Below, piece after piece: positions 1 through 13,015 of a stretch of DNA of 64,000 nt. The stretch is from assembly GCA_035221665.1 (NCBI GenBank), contig CM069154.1, positions 5,332,001 to 5,396,000 of the forward strand, read 5' to 3'. A program made the position numbers and the translations under genes. Every line of letters starts with the position of its first letter. Position 1 is the stretch's first letter. The notes beneath the pieces were generated by a model, which saw nothing but the letters and a program-made list of their open reading frames with translations, did not search any database and had not been told where the DNA came from. The stretch is from Okamejei kenojei. Lineage: Eukaryota.

Positions 1-49
1 GCTCATCTATCTCTCCCTCCTAACCCCATTCTCCTGCCTTCTCCCCATA

Positions 50-930
50 ACCCCTTTTGATTGCAGCCGGATCTGGATCGATTGACCTGTGTGGGCGGAG
101 CATTGGTTGATGGAATGTAATACAGAGAAGTGTGAGGTGTTGCATTTTTGGGATGTCGAACAAGGGCAGGACCTACACAGTAAATGGCAGGCCTCTGGGT
201 AGTGTTGTAGAGCAGAGGGATCTAGGATTTACAGGTGCACGATTCCTTGGAAGGTTGAGTCACAGGGTAGATAAAACGGTCAAAAAGACTTTTGGCACTT
301 TGGCCTTCATCAGTTCAGAGTATTGAGAATAGAAGTTCGGAGGTCATGTTGTTGTTGTCTAAGATGATGGTGAGACCGCATTTAGAATATTGTGTTCAGT
401 TCTGGGACACCATGATATAGGAAAGATACTGTCAAGCTTGAAAGGGTTCCGAAAAGATTTACGAGGATGTTGCCAGGACTAGAGTGTGTGAGCTATAGGG
501 TGAGGTTGATTAGGCAGGATCTCTATTCCATCGAGCCCAGGAGGATAAGGGGTGATCTGAAAGAGGTGTATAAGATCATGAAAGGAATAGGTTGGGTGGA
601 TGTACAAAGTCTTTTGCCCAGAGTAGGGGAATCGAGACCAGAGGACATAGGTCAAGGTGAAGGGGAAAAGATTTAATAGGAATCTGAGGGTATCTTTTTC
701 CACACAAAGGGTGGTGGTGTATGGAACAAGATGCCAGAGGAGGTAATTGAGGCTGGGACTATCCCATCATTTAGGAAACAGTTGGACAGATACATGGATA
801 GGACACATTTGGAGAGATATGGACCAAGCACAGGCAAGTGGGACTAGTGTACCTGGGACATTGTTGCGGGTGTGGGCAAGTTGGGCCGAAGGGCCTGTTT
901 CCACACTGTATCACTCTATGACTCTATGAC
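50..930 (+). mobile_element. CR1-type LINE 3' fragment
   Basis: Degenerate RT C-terminus ([11 protein letters not shown]-like, RGDLKEVYKIM) and ctctatga tandem tail. Confidence 0.8.
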
Positions 931-2264
931 ACTCTGACCACGCTCTCGTTTCACTCCTGCCATTGGGAAGAAGGTTGAGGAGCCTGAAAACGGTGACCTC
1001 CAGGTTCAAGAACAGCTTCTCAGAAGCAAAAATTAGGCTTTTGAACACTGCACACTAACCTAAACTATCAAGTATGGACAGTCTTTGGTTATTTTTTGTC
1101 CTTATTGGACTTATTAACTAAATTAATTTTTGTACATTATATATTAACTGTGTGCATTGTGTTTACAAGCACAATGAGGGGAAATAGATAGAATATGTGT
1201 TGCTCGTTTTAAAACCGAAGATAGACACAAAAACCTAGAGTTACTCATCGGGGGTCAGGCAGCATCTCTAGAGTAAAGGAATAGGTGATGTTTTGAGTCG
1301 AGACCTTTCTTCAGACAGAGTTCGGGGAAAGGGAAACAAGGGTAACAAGGGAAACAAGTCTCTTACCTAGCATAGGGAATCAAGACTCGGGGACAAGGCT
1401 TCAGGTGAAAACGAAAAGATTTAATAGGATCCTGAGGGGCATCATGTTTTTAACACAGTGAGTTGTGGGTGTATGGAATGAGCTAACTGATGAGGTAGTT
1501 GAGGCAGGTGCTACAAAAACATTTTTAAAGGCTTTTGGACAGTTACATGAATAGGACTGGTTTAGAAGGAATGGACAAACGCTGGCAGGAGGAACTAGAG
1601 TAGATGGGGCATCTTGGTCAACATGGACAAGTTGGGCTGAAGGGTGCGTTTCGTGCTGTATAATCTCTAAAGCTGCAGACTCGTTGTGCTCCTGAAACAA
1701 AGCGTTATATTGCACCCTTGTCGGTAAATATGACAATCAAGCACTCTTGACGCGTGCATTTAACAAAACAAAATCGACCAAATGTCCTCGACATGGATTC
1801 AGTTCCAGCGCATAAAAAAAGTTATGAGAAGAATATACCTTGCACTATATTTGTTTTGAGTACTGTTGATATCAATCTTGTAATTGGAGATAGTGTAATT
1901 GTCATTGGTTCTGTTATAAAAGTATATTTTATTGTTAATGTTTAATGTTTTTAGGTGTCATTCCTAATGTCACTGTATGTCATATTGTACTTGCGAGCGG
2001 AAGCAAGCCAAGGCAAATTCCTTGTATGTGAATACTTGGCCAATAAACCTATTCATTTCATAAACCTATTCATTCATTCATCATTCATTCATAAGATTAT
2101 TCAAGTTATATTGAGGCAAGGAAATAAAATTAAGTCTCAGCTGTTTTCACATGCAGTGAATAAAGAGAACAAGATTGTCAGGTGGAAACCCATTGCTTTG
2201 AGTAAAGTGCCAATTAGCTTGAGAGATATGGTGACCTTTTCTTTCAGTGGAATTGGACGTCTTA

Positions 2265-2580
2265 GTTGAGTTTAGTTTAGTTTAGAGATACAGCATAGAA
2301 ACAGGACCTTTGGCCCACATAGTTCACGCCAACCAGCGATCCCACCCGCACACCAGCACTATCCTGCACACACTAGGGTCAATTTACAGTTTTACCAAAG
2401 GCAATTAAACTACAAACCTGCACGTCTTTGGTGTGTGGGAAGAAACCAAAGATCTCAGAGAAAAGCCACTTGGTCATGGGGAGAACATGCAAACTCCGTA
2501 CAGACAGCATCCGTAGTCAGGATCAAAATCGCGTCTCTGGCGCTGAAATGAAGGCAGCAACTCCACTGCTGTACACACGT
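2265..2580 (-). mobile_element. tRNA-derived V-SINE (HE1-like)
   Basis: Same family as the copies at 4050, 4765, 23490, 27607, 30506 and 39255; (actaa)n tail. Confidence 0.7.
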
Positions 2581-2949
2581 ACACCCTATGTATCATTTAT
2601 ATTTTTGTGTGTCTACGTGTATGTGCCTGTGATGTTCCACAAGCGTGATTTTCATTGTACCTGCACCTCACCATACGTGCATATAAGAAAAAAGCCAGAC
2701 TTGACTTGAAAACTGCTCAGCAAAGTATATTACAATGATGTTCTCATGAGAAAAAGTATTTCCAGAACAATTGATCTGATGGGATGTCATAGGTTATAGT
2801 TTCCCTCCTTCTAAATATTCTTCACAGTTAAAACAATGAGGCATTTCCAGGATTGAATACAATTTATTCCTCATGACTGCAATACAAAATAATATAAATC
2901 ATTTGCTATGAAGGCTAGCAACATTGTTTAAATGGCACCTTTACTGAGT

Positions 2950-3325
2950 GAATAGATTCTTGCTATTGAGGGAATGCAGCGTAGGTTTACAAGGTTAATT
3001 CCCGGGATGGCGGGATTGTCATATGCTGAGAGAATGGAGCAGCTGGACTGTACACTCTGGAGTTCAGAAGGATGAGAAGATATCTCAATTGAAACATATA
3101 AGATTGTTAAGGGCTTGGATACGCTAGAGGCAGGAAACATGTTTCCCGATGTTGGGGGAGTCCAGAACCAGGGGCCACAGTTTAAGAATAAGGAGTAAGC
3201 CATTAAGAACGGAAACGAGGAAACACTTTTTCTCACAGAGAGTGGTGAGTCTGTGGAATTTTCTGCCTCAGAGGGCGGTGGAGGCAGGTGCTGGATGCTT
3301 TCAAGAGAGAGCTAGACAGGGCTCT
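2950..3325 (+). mobile_element. CR1 LINE 3' fragment
   Basis: MLGESRTRGHSLRI..FFSQRVVSLWN. Confidence 0.8.
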
Positions 3326-4049
3326 ACAACATTTACATCAAGCACTTCAGTTCATTCTGCACACAAACATCTTGTCAAGACCTATTGATATCATCTTCGT
3401 AGAGCATTGGTTTGGCCTGAATTTGTGAAATACTTTATGTAAACACTTTCCGTTTGTTTTATTTTATCAGCATGTTTGAAAGTATTAATGGACATCATTT
3501 GGAAGCAGTCATCGATTCTGATGATCTCTGCAAAACCTACCTTCCTTATACTTGTTGTTAGGTACTTCCCCCCCCCCCCCTCTGGTGAATGCTATGTACT
3601 TAACTCTTTTGTTTCTCTCCTGAGTGCAGGCCCCGTGGCTGGAAGTCGGAATCAAGGTGTTAAGGGCTCCTGTACCCGATTGCCAAGCTGTGTCAGGTGA
3701 TGGGTGACTCATCGGAACCTTAAATACCAGAAGCTCCCAGAAATCTCTCTCTCTTCGTCGACCCTGACTCGTGAGCAGGTTGCTGGTGTGAGCTGCAGGA
3801 GGCCTGGCCACATGGCATAAAACTTTGTGTATTATTACCTACATTTGTCGATTAATATGAATTGGGATGGATAAGGGCTGACCTGAGTGTTTTGTTTCAG
3901 GGTTATTTCCATTTAGGCAGGTTAGAGACTCTAGTTCGACGGCCCATTGCGAGGCTGGCTGGAGCACTGTTATCTTTGTTTATTAGTTTTATTCTTGTCT
4001 ACCATCGATTTTTCCAGCATCTGCAGTTCTGTCTTAAACCTACACCTAG

Positions 4050-4352
4050 TTTAGTTTAGTTTAGAGATACAGCGTGGAAACTGGCCCTTCAGCCCACCGT
4101 GTCCGCACAGAACAGCGATCCCCACGCATTAACATCCTACACGCACTGGGGACTATTTACACTTATACCAAGCCAACTAACCTACTAACCTATACGGTTT
4201 TGGAGTGTGGGAGGAAACTGAAGATCTTGGAGAAAACCCAGGCGGTCACGGGGAGAACGTACAAACTCCATACAGACAGCACCCGTAGTCGGGATCGAAC
4301 CCGACTGTAAACGCTGTAAGGCAGCAACTCTACCACTGCGCCACCGTGCCAC
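4050..4352 (-). mobile_element. V-SINE (HE1-like)
   Basis: tRNA-like A/B boxes on the minus strand (ggcacggtggcgcagtggtag..gggttcgatccc); (actaa)n tail. Confidence 0.8.
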
Positions 4353-4764
4353 CCTAGTCCACTAGTCCCACTTGCCCACGTTTGACCTGGTCATCTCCTC
4401 TTTGTTCTGCCATATATTGGTAAACATCCAGTTTTCAACCTCAGTCAGGAAGTAGTGTCTCGGCCGGAATACAAACATGCACTTTTTGCCTCCACAGATG
4501 CTTGCTTGACCCGTTGAGGATTTTCAGGGTGTTCTGCCTATTGTTCCAGATTCTAGTATATGCAATCTCCTTTGTCTTCTCCCTCACACAACCCCTAATC
4601 CTACCTCACAATAGTTATCTCACAGAAGCTGATGGGTACATGGAAGGAGCATGTCCAGAGGAGGTAGTGGGACGGGTACTATTAACAACATTTAAAAAGC
4701 ATTAGGACATGGTACGTGGATAGGAAATGTTTGTAGGGACAGGGGTCAAATGCAGGCCTGGTTT

Positions 4765-5040
4765 TTACGGTGGCGCAGCTGTAGAGTTGCTGCCTTACAT
4801 TGCATAACAGCGGCAGATACCCGGGTTCAATCCCGGCTTCAGGTGCTTGTCTGTACATAGTTTTCTTCCGAGAACTTCAGTTTCCTCCCACACTCCAAAG
4901 ATGTACAGGTTTGTAGGTTAATTGGGTTGGTGTAAATGTAAACATTTGTGTTGCTGTGCGGGGATCACTGGATGGTGCGGACACGGTGGGCCAGAGGGCC
5001 TGTTTCCGTATTGTATCTCTAAACGAAACTAAACTAAAGA
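4765..5040 (+). mobile_element. V-SINE (HE1-like)
   Basis: ggtggcgcagctgtagag..gggttcaatccc head and aaactaaactaa tail. Confidence 0.75.
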
Positions 5041-6079
5041 GGCACTAGCGTACATGGGGCATCTTGATCGGCATAGGCAAAGCTATTTCCTGCTGTATCA
5101 CTCCATGATTTTATGAATCACATCTTCAAACTAAGCTTTACCTGGTCTCCGATGCTCAAATATTGAATTGTCTTTCAAGGAGTTTATCTGGTGACATGAG
5201 TTGACTTATCTGATCGCATTTTACAATAGACAACAGACAATAGGTGCAGGAGTAGGCCATTCAGCTCTTCGAGCCAGCACCACTATTCAATGTGATCATG
5301 GCTGATCATCCACAATCAGTATCCCGTTCCTGCCTTCTCCCCATATCCCCTGACTCTGCTATCTTTTTTTTTTTAATGTCTTTATTAGAAGTAATGTACA
5401 TTACAATGATATAAGACAAAAATAACATAATACATTTCCTGTACCACTCCTTATTTTATATTTTAAGAAGAAGAAGAATAAGAAGAATAGAGAGAGTTAG
5501 ATAGGATAGTAAGTGCGTGAGAGAGTCATCTGGAAGAGCCCGCTATCTTTAAGAGCCCTATCTAGCTCTCTCTTGAAAGTATCCAGAGAACCGGCATCCA
5601 CCGCTCTCTGAAGCAGAGAATTCCAGAGACTCACAACACTCTGTGTGAAAAAAATGTTTCCTCATTTCCGTTCCGTTGGTGCCCTATTTCTCCCGGGTAA
5701 CGTTTCAAAACATGAGAAGCTGAGGAAGGCTGGACAAATTAGTGATACGCATTTTGAGGTGGGCAAATAGTTCACGTTCACACGTTTCCAGGAGTAAATA
5801 TGGCCATTCGGCCCATCGAGTCTACTCCGTCATTCAAGCATGGCTGATCTCTGCTCCTAATCCCATACATGTTCAGACACAGTGTGCCCGCATTTGAGGG
5901 AGGAGGTTGAGGTGGTGGGCAAGGGAATGTTTGCGGTGTGGACAGAGTGCCTGACAAGCGGGCAAACGTCACCAGGATGAAGCAGAGCTTTGAGGAGATG
6001 CTCCAATCCAGGCAACAGGAGAGCATTGCAGCCCACTCCTGATAGGTGCAATTGTTTGTGGTGAGGAGCTGGGGGAGGT

Positions 6080-6227
6080 GGCAAGTGAGTCACCAACCTA
6101 GTCTCGAACCACTGCAAAGTCATTTCCTGAGTAAACGGACATTGACTGTTTGGCTTCTGTTGTGGAATGAGGAAGAGGACAACTCAAACGCAGTGCAGGA
6201 ACCAAACCGATCCAACGCAGCCGAGAC
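6080..6227 (+). promoter_or_regulatory. Candidate promoter of copy A (homologue ~47835-47979)
   Basis: TGAGTCA (AP-1) and purine-rich Ets-type GAGGAAG motifs just upstream of the leader exon; both are retained in copy B. Confidence 0.35.
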
Positions 6228-6323
6228 ATGGCAGTGGGACAGGGAGAATTCACCCACCAGAAACAGCCCAGATCCAGGGAACAGTCGCTCTGTTGGTTCT
6301 TGTCGCTGTTGGTCTCACATCAG
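6228..6323 (+). CDS. Copy A exon 1, signal peptide (..GTVALLVLVAVGLTS/G)
   Basis: Hydrophobic leader ends at donor CAG|GTAAAA. ATG 6228 is out of frame by one G versus copy B (ccagggaa vs ccaggggaa), while upstream ATG 6167 is in frame. Confidence 0.75.
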
Positions 6324-7293
6324 GTAAAATCGTTGTTTTACAAAATGCTCTGTCCTTTAGAATTATTTACCAGTGCTTTGAATTATTTGTAAACACAGAC
6401 CTCTCTGTACTGTGTGGGAGCTGATGATGAAGTGCTCAACACTCATTAGTTCATGTAGAGACTTCCATCAGCGGTTGTTTGTCGTGTTGTGTGCAGCCAA
6501 ATTGCACACAGCTAGCTCCCTGTAGAAAATGACCCGACAGCTGGCCTTGTTGATCTTGGGTGTTGGGGTAACTCTTGCCCTGGACCAGAGAGTTTGCTCC
6601 ACTATTCTGGTGCAAACTATCTCCAGGTGAACTTTCTCAGTGACTTGACAGCAGATCAGCTAAATGCTTACCACTTGCATATCTCTTGACTTCCTCCCTC
6701 GCTGACTGTTGGTCTGAAGAAGGGTCTCAACCCAAAATGTCACCCATTGCTTCTCTCCAGAGATGCCGCCTGACCCGCTGAGTTACTCCAGCATTTAGTG
6801 TCCATCAAAGACACATGGCACTCCCTCCACGCACTGCAATGGGAAATGTTGAATCTAAATCTTAGCACATTCAAAGAAAAAACCTGTGAGAGCCAGCCAT
6901 TGGGAACAGGTGGGCATCTCAAATGAGGAAGCACCAGAGTGACTGTCCAATTTAGCATTTGGAGAAGTTGAGGTAATCTCTCCTGAGAAAAAACAGTGCT
7001 TTACAGACTCTGCTGCTCGAGCTGTTCTCCACACTGTGCTTTCCCCAGCCTCTGAGTTCTCCTTCAAGGCATTTGTCTTGTGGCTTGTGAGCGGACCTGG
7101 ACTGATTGATCATGTGTCTCCATCCCAGATCCTGAATCTGCAGAGTTTCACATGTGTTAGAGTCATAGTGATACAGTGTAGAAACAGGCTCTTCAGCCAA
7201 CTTGCCCACACCGGCCAACATGTCTCAGCAACACTAGTCCCACCTGTCCATGTTAGGTCCATGTCCCTACAAACCTGTCCTAATCCATGTACC

Positions 7294-8043
7294 CGGGGCC
7301 GGCCTTAAGCCGTTTGGACCGATTGCTCCCAATTGGGCCCCGCGAGTAAGGGGGCCCCACGCCAGAGTTATCTACTCTCGGCTCAGGTAGATCTACCCCG
7401 GTGGAGGGGGGAGAGAGGGGCGGAGATAGAGTAGAGAGGTGGAGGGGGAAGAAAGGGGTAGACGGGGAGGGGAAACGGAGAAGGGGGAGAAGGGGGAGAG
7501 GGGGAGGTGCGTCGTTTGCTCACGGCAGCGCTCCCGCCCCTCCAGTCGCCGTGCTTCCCACACAGCCCCAGCTCCACCCCTCTCTCTCCCCGGGAGATGC
7601 GGTGAACAATACAGGGAGGGCCGGGCCGGGGGTTGGAGCGACGTTTACAAACATCGGCCTCAGCTCACACCCATCCGCCCGGATCCCGGCCTCAGCTCCC
7701 GCCACGGGCCCTCTCCCTCCCTTCTCTCCTTCCCTCCCACACACACATCATGCACAGACAACTAACACACGCAACTAAGTTAGGATGGGGTAGAAGCCCA
7801 AAGGTAGGATGGGGCTGAAGCCCAAAAATGTAATGCCTGGATTGGTTTTTCACCAATGGTTATTGGTTTTCCAGGATCTATTTAATTAAATTACTTTTTT
7901 TTAAATCATTTCACAGTCACAAAAACATGTGGTATTGTAACTATGTGCTTTTCAGAGGTGATCTACACATTTTGTTTGTTACTTGTAGCCTTACATGTAT
8001 GCAATTTTATATTAAAATGTAGCTTAGATCAGTTTGGTCCATT
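7294..8043. mobile_element. Non-autonomous hAT-like DNA transposon, right end deleted in copy A
   Basis: Left end cggggccggcc follows catgtacc; complete homologue at 49663-50634. Confidence 0.65.
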
Positions 8044-8569
8044 GTGTGAAAAAGACACATCATAATTATTCCAGGTGGACGTGGAGTTTGAAACATCAGT
8101 GGCAGATCCAGCTTCCTCCACAGGCTGGGAACTTTAGTTCAATGGGGCACAAAGTGCTGGCGTAACTCAGTAGGTCAGGCAGTATCTCATGGTCTTTACT
8201 TGAAACGTCACCTATCCATGTTCTCCACAGATGCTGCCTGACCTGCTGAGTCACCACTGACACCACAGGCAGCTGGCTATTCAGCTTTAGTAAAGCACAA
8301 AGTGCTGGAGTAAGGCAGCAGGGCAGGCATCTCTGGAGAACATCGATAGGTGACGTTTTGGGTTGAGACCTGAATAAGGGGTAGGCCAGATGAGGAAAAA
8401 CCTTTTCACCCAGAGTTGTGAATCTGTAGAATTCTTTGCCACAGAGGGCAGTGGAGGCCAATTCACTGGATGTATTCAAGAGAGAGTTAGATATAGTTTC
8501 TTAGGGCTAATGGAATCATGGGATAGGGGGAGCAAGCAGAAGAGGGTACTGATTTTGGAATGATCAGCC

Positions 8570-9170
8570 ATGAACAGTCTGACCTTGTCACAAAACATCG
8601 CATCACTAGTAAAGAGAGCGCAGCAGCGTTTGCACTTTCTGCGCCGGATGAGAAGAGCTCACCTCCCCATCCCGTCCTCACCATTTCTACAGGGGCACCA
8701 TAGAGAGCATTTTGACCATTGCTGCATCTGTCTGGTTTGGGGACTGCAAAGCCTCCGACTGGAAGTCCGTGCAGAGAGTGGTGAGGACGGCTGAAAAAAT
8801 CATCGGGACTTCTCTTCCTTCAATCCGGGACATTGCGCGCAAACGTTGCTTGTCCAAGTCAACAGCATTATAAAAGACCCCACACATCTCCATCATGGAC
8901 TGTTTCACTCTGCTGCCCTCGGGCAAAAGGTATCGCAGTATAAGGAGTGAACGGCCAGGTTCTGCAACAGCTTCTTCCCCCGAGCCATCAGACTCTTGAA
9001 TTCCATATAATGTGCAGCCACTATTATCTATTTTATCTTTTTATCTATTTGATCTTTTTATATATTTTATCTTTTGTTATTTTATGTTGCACGGTGAGCC
9101 AGATGCAACGAAATTTCATTCCAACTTGAAGTTGTTGGTGTATTTTTGAATGACAATAAAGTCTTTGATT
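8570..9170 (+). mobile_element. Rex1/Babar-like LINE 3' fragment (homologue ~51280-51885)
   Basis: LVKRAQQRLHFLRRMRRAHLP C-terminal region. Confidence 0.7.
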
Positions 9171-9580
9171 GAAAATCATATTGAATGGCACTGCTGGCTC
9201 GAATGGCCGAATTGCCTACTTCTGCGCCTATTTTCTATGGTTATATATTTCTATGAATCGTAACCTATCCACTTTCTCCAGAGATAGTTCCTGACCCATT
9301 GAGTTACTCCAGCACTTTGTGTCCTTTTGTGTATTAACCAGCATCTGCAGTTCCTTGTTTCTACTAGTTCAATGGGATGTGGGTTGTAGTGAGATTGAAC
9401 ACTATTGTAGTGAGATTGAAACCCGTCGGTTTCTTCAGAGATGCTGCCTGTCCCGCTGAGTTACTCCAGCTCTTTGTGTCTATCTTTGGTGTAAACCAGC
9501 ACCTGCAGTTCCTTGCTGCACATGATCTTTGCGAAACCATGAAGCTGTCTGAACAGCACAAATTACATGTTTTTTATTGT

Positions 9581-11390
9581 TAACCAACCAACCAACCCAG
9601 CCAGACCCCAGTCTACAAAGAATGGACCCGGCATCCTCTCCTTCCATTCACCACTTCACACCTACTTAAGGCAAGACTCCAGTATGAAAATACTGTCACT
9701 TCACACCCACTCACAAAGACTGGGCCCTTCTACGCCCACCCCCCTCCAATCACCACTTCACACCAAATCACCCATACCCTCTGTGCTGCAAAACATCACT
9801 TATCAAATATCACAATAAAAATAGAGGAGGAGGAGAGGCATTTCAGAGGACAAAAAAGCCGGAAATCTCCAGGACTTGACAATGTTTCCCCCTTGACTCT
9901 TAAGCTCTGTGCCAAACAGCTGGCACCGGTCTACACAGACATTTTAAACCAGTCCCTGCAAACATGTACTGTCCCTGCCTGCTTCAAAGTCTCCACTATT
10001 GTCACTGCACCCAAAAAGGCAAGGATTACTTGTCTTAATGACTACAGGCCTGTCACACTGACCTCTGTAGTCATGAAGACACTCAAAAGGCATGTGCTGG
10101 CCAAGCTGAAAAATATCACAAACCCCTGCTGGACCCTCTGCAGTTTGCATATCGGGCCAATAGATCTGTGGATGATGCAGTCAACCTGGGCCTGCACTTC
10201 ATCCTAGACCACCAGGGGACCTATGCGAGGATCCTGTTTATTGATTTTAGCTCTGCATTCAACACCATTGTGCCAGAGCTACTACACTCCAAACTTTCCA
10301 AGTTGACTGTGCCTGAACCCCTCTGTCGGTGGATCACCAGCTTCCTGACAGACAGGAAGCAGCATGTGAGGCTGGGAAAGCACCTCGAACCCGCAAACGC
10401 TCAGCATAGAGGCACCGCAAGGCTGCGTACTCTCCCCTCTCCTCTACTCTCTCTCTGCACCAATGACTGCACCTCTACAGACTCCTCTGCCAAACTTCCC
10501 AAGTTTGCGGACGATACAACCCTGATTGGACTGATCCAGGATGGGGAGGAATCTGCTTACAGACAGGAAGTGTCACAGCTGGCATCCTGGTGCCGTAGCA
10601 ACAACCTAGAGCTCAATGCTCTTAAGACAGTGGAATTGATTGTAGACTTTAGGAGAGCTCCCCCTCCCCTCACCCCACTCACCATCAACAACACCACAGT
10701 CACATCTGTGGAGTCGTTTAAGTTCCTGGGAAATATCACCTCCAAGGACCTTAAGTGTGGGGCGACCATCAACTCCACAGTCAAAAAGGCACAACAGAGG
10801 ATGTACTTCCTGCGGCAGCTGAGGAAGCACAATCTGCCACAGGCAATGATGGTCCAATTCTACACGGCCATCGTAGAGTCTGTTCTCACCTTCTCCATCA
10901 TGGTCTGGTTTGGCTCAGCCACCAAGCACGACACCTGGAGGCTGCAACGAATCGTCCCGATCAGCTGAGAAGGTTATTGGCTGCAACCTTCCCTACATTG
11001 ATGAACTGTACACTGCAAGGGCCAGGAAGCGAGCAGGCAAGATCATCTCTGACCCCTCTCACCCTGGCCACAAACTCTTTGAATCACTTCCCTCAGGAAG
11101 GCGACTCCAGGCTGTCAAAACTGCCACATAAAAACTGTATTTATCCACGAGTAGTTGCTCTACTCAACAGCCAAAAATCTGTAGCCTCCCTTTGATCTGA
11201 TATTTTGTTGGTTCACATGCTTGATCAATGGTGTTTTGTCATTAATGTTTTTATTATTATTAATGTTTAGCATTTTTCTGAGTGATTCGTAACTGTCACT
11301 GTATGTCATGTTGTTACGTGTGGGCGGAGCACCAAGGCAAATTCCTTGTATGTGAATACTTGGCCAATAAACTTACTTACTTACTTACTT
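9581..11390 (+). mobile_element. Rex1/Babar-like LINE, 5'-truncated
   Basis: RT motifs NDYRPVTLTS, LFIDFSSAFNTI, KFADDTT, KAQQRMYFLR; AATAAA + (CTTA)n tail; the empty site is visible upstream of D2 (~12625). Confidence 0.9.
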
Positions 11391-11448
11391 AAACCTCAGC
11401 TTGTGTTGCTGCAGTGTGAGTGATCTTTCATCATTAATGTGCCCACAG

Positions 11449-11773
11449 GGTCAAGGGGAGTAACTGAACCCGAGGAGGTGAGGGGAGAGTTGGGGCAGTC
11501 GGTCACTGTGGAATTTCAGTATGATTCGAAATATAGAGATTACAACAAGCTGTGGAGTAAAGGTGATGATTACCAGTCATCTTCTACCGTGGTTTCTACT
11601 GATGACCCACGACAAGGGAGAACATCGATAACTGATGACAAAACACAACAGATAAATTTCAGTAACCATCAACAACCTGGAGAAGAGTGATGAAGGACAC
11701 TACTGGTGTGTGATAGCAAAGGGAAAACATTCACACAATGAATCGACCTCCATCTCATTGAAGGTTTCTGAAG
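11449..11773 (+). CDS. Copy A Ig V-set domain 1 exon (B-strand Cys->Phe, +1 frameshift)
   Basis: cacag|GG acceptor and GAAG|gtacgt donor; GQSVTVE(F)QY..KLWSKG..GRTSITD..LEKSDEGHYWC. Confidence 0.85.
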
Positions 11774-12686
11774 GTACGTTGACGATCTCTCCTCCTCACG
11801 CTCCCAGATGTGAAAATTCCAGCCAGGGAATTTCGGCCTCAGTCCTGATGGTGACTTGGTGCCACATCCCCGGGGGTCGAGGTGGACGGGGGGGGGGGGG
11901 TGGTGGTGGTGGTGGTGCATACATCATTTACTGGGCCCACTGTCCCAGGAGCAGTATAGGGGGGGGATGTCAGACACCAGCCCCACGGAAGATCCCAGCT
12001 ACCGCGGTTCTGCTGCTGAGGCTCATTTCCCGAAAGACGATCGCTCCGGGACCAGAACCTCCAGAACCAGGTGGGGGAAAACCAGCCCCTCACCCACCAG
12101 GGTGGAGAAAGGGGGTCAAGGGGGAAGGGGAGGGCGCAGGTTAGTAGAAGATAGTTAAAATTAGAGAATTCAACGTTCAAAAACCGTTGGGTTGTAAACT
12201 ACCTGAGCGTAATATGAGGTGCGGTTTCCTCCAACCTGCATGTGGCCTCACTCTGGCAATGGAGGAGGCCCAGGACAGAAGGTCAGTGTGGGAATGGGAA
12301 GGGATGTTGACAGGGTTGGCAACCAGGAGATCAAGAATGGTCCCGACCCGAAAAGGCCACCTACCCTTTTACTCCAGAGATGCTGCCTGATCTGCCATCA
12401 GTCCTGAAGAAGGGTCTTGACCCGAAACGTCGCCTATTTCCTTCACTCCATAGATGCTTCCGCCCTCACCAGCTGAGTTTCTCCAGCATTTTTGGCTACC
12501 TGCCGAGTTACTCCAGCACTTTGTGTCAATCTTTGGTGTAAACCAGCACCTGCAGTTCCTTGCTACACATGATCTATGCAAAACCATGAACCTGTCTGAA
12601 CAGCACAAATGACATGTTTTTTATTGTTAAACCTCAGCTTGTGTTGCTGCAGTGTGAGTGATCTTTCATCATTCATGTGCCAACAG

Positions 12687-13015
12687 GGTCAGGGGGAATA
12701 ACTGGACCCAAGGATGGTGACGAGAGAGTTGGGGCAGTCGGTCACTGTGGAATGTCGGTATGGTCAGGAATACAGTGACAACAGGAAGCTATGGAGTAAA
12801 GGTTATTATTACCGGTTATCTAAGACCGTGGTTTCTACTGATGACCCACGACAAGGGAGAACATCGATGACTGATAACAAAACACAACGGATACTTTCAG
12901 TAACCATCGACAACCTGGAGAAGAGTGATGAAGGACGCTACTGGTGTGTGATAGTAAAAAAGGAAATCTTTTTCAAGCAATGAAAGGACCTCCATCTCAT
13001 TGAAGGTTTCTGAAG
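12687..13015 (+). CDS. Copy A Ig V-set domain 2 exon (two +1 indels)
   Basis: GQSVTVECRY..KLWSKG..LSVTIDNLEKSDEGRYWC; same splice sites as D1. Confidence 0.85.

Noticed and set aside
3476-3811. ORFs and a possible splice acceptor in a unique-looking region near 3630
   Set aside because: No recognisable domain and no phase-compatible partner exon.
4320-4352. tRNA-like A/B boxes
   Set aside because: These are SINE heads followed by SINE body and tail, not tRNA genes.
7383-7818. Overlapping Gly/Pro/Arg-rich ORFs (also 49603-50236, 11710-12180, 59098-59409)
   Set aside because: Low-complexity GC-rich transposon or intron sequence whose frames are not conserved between the duplicates.
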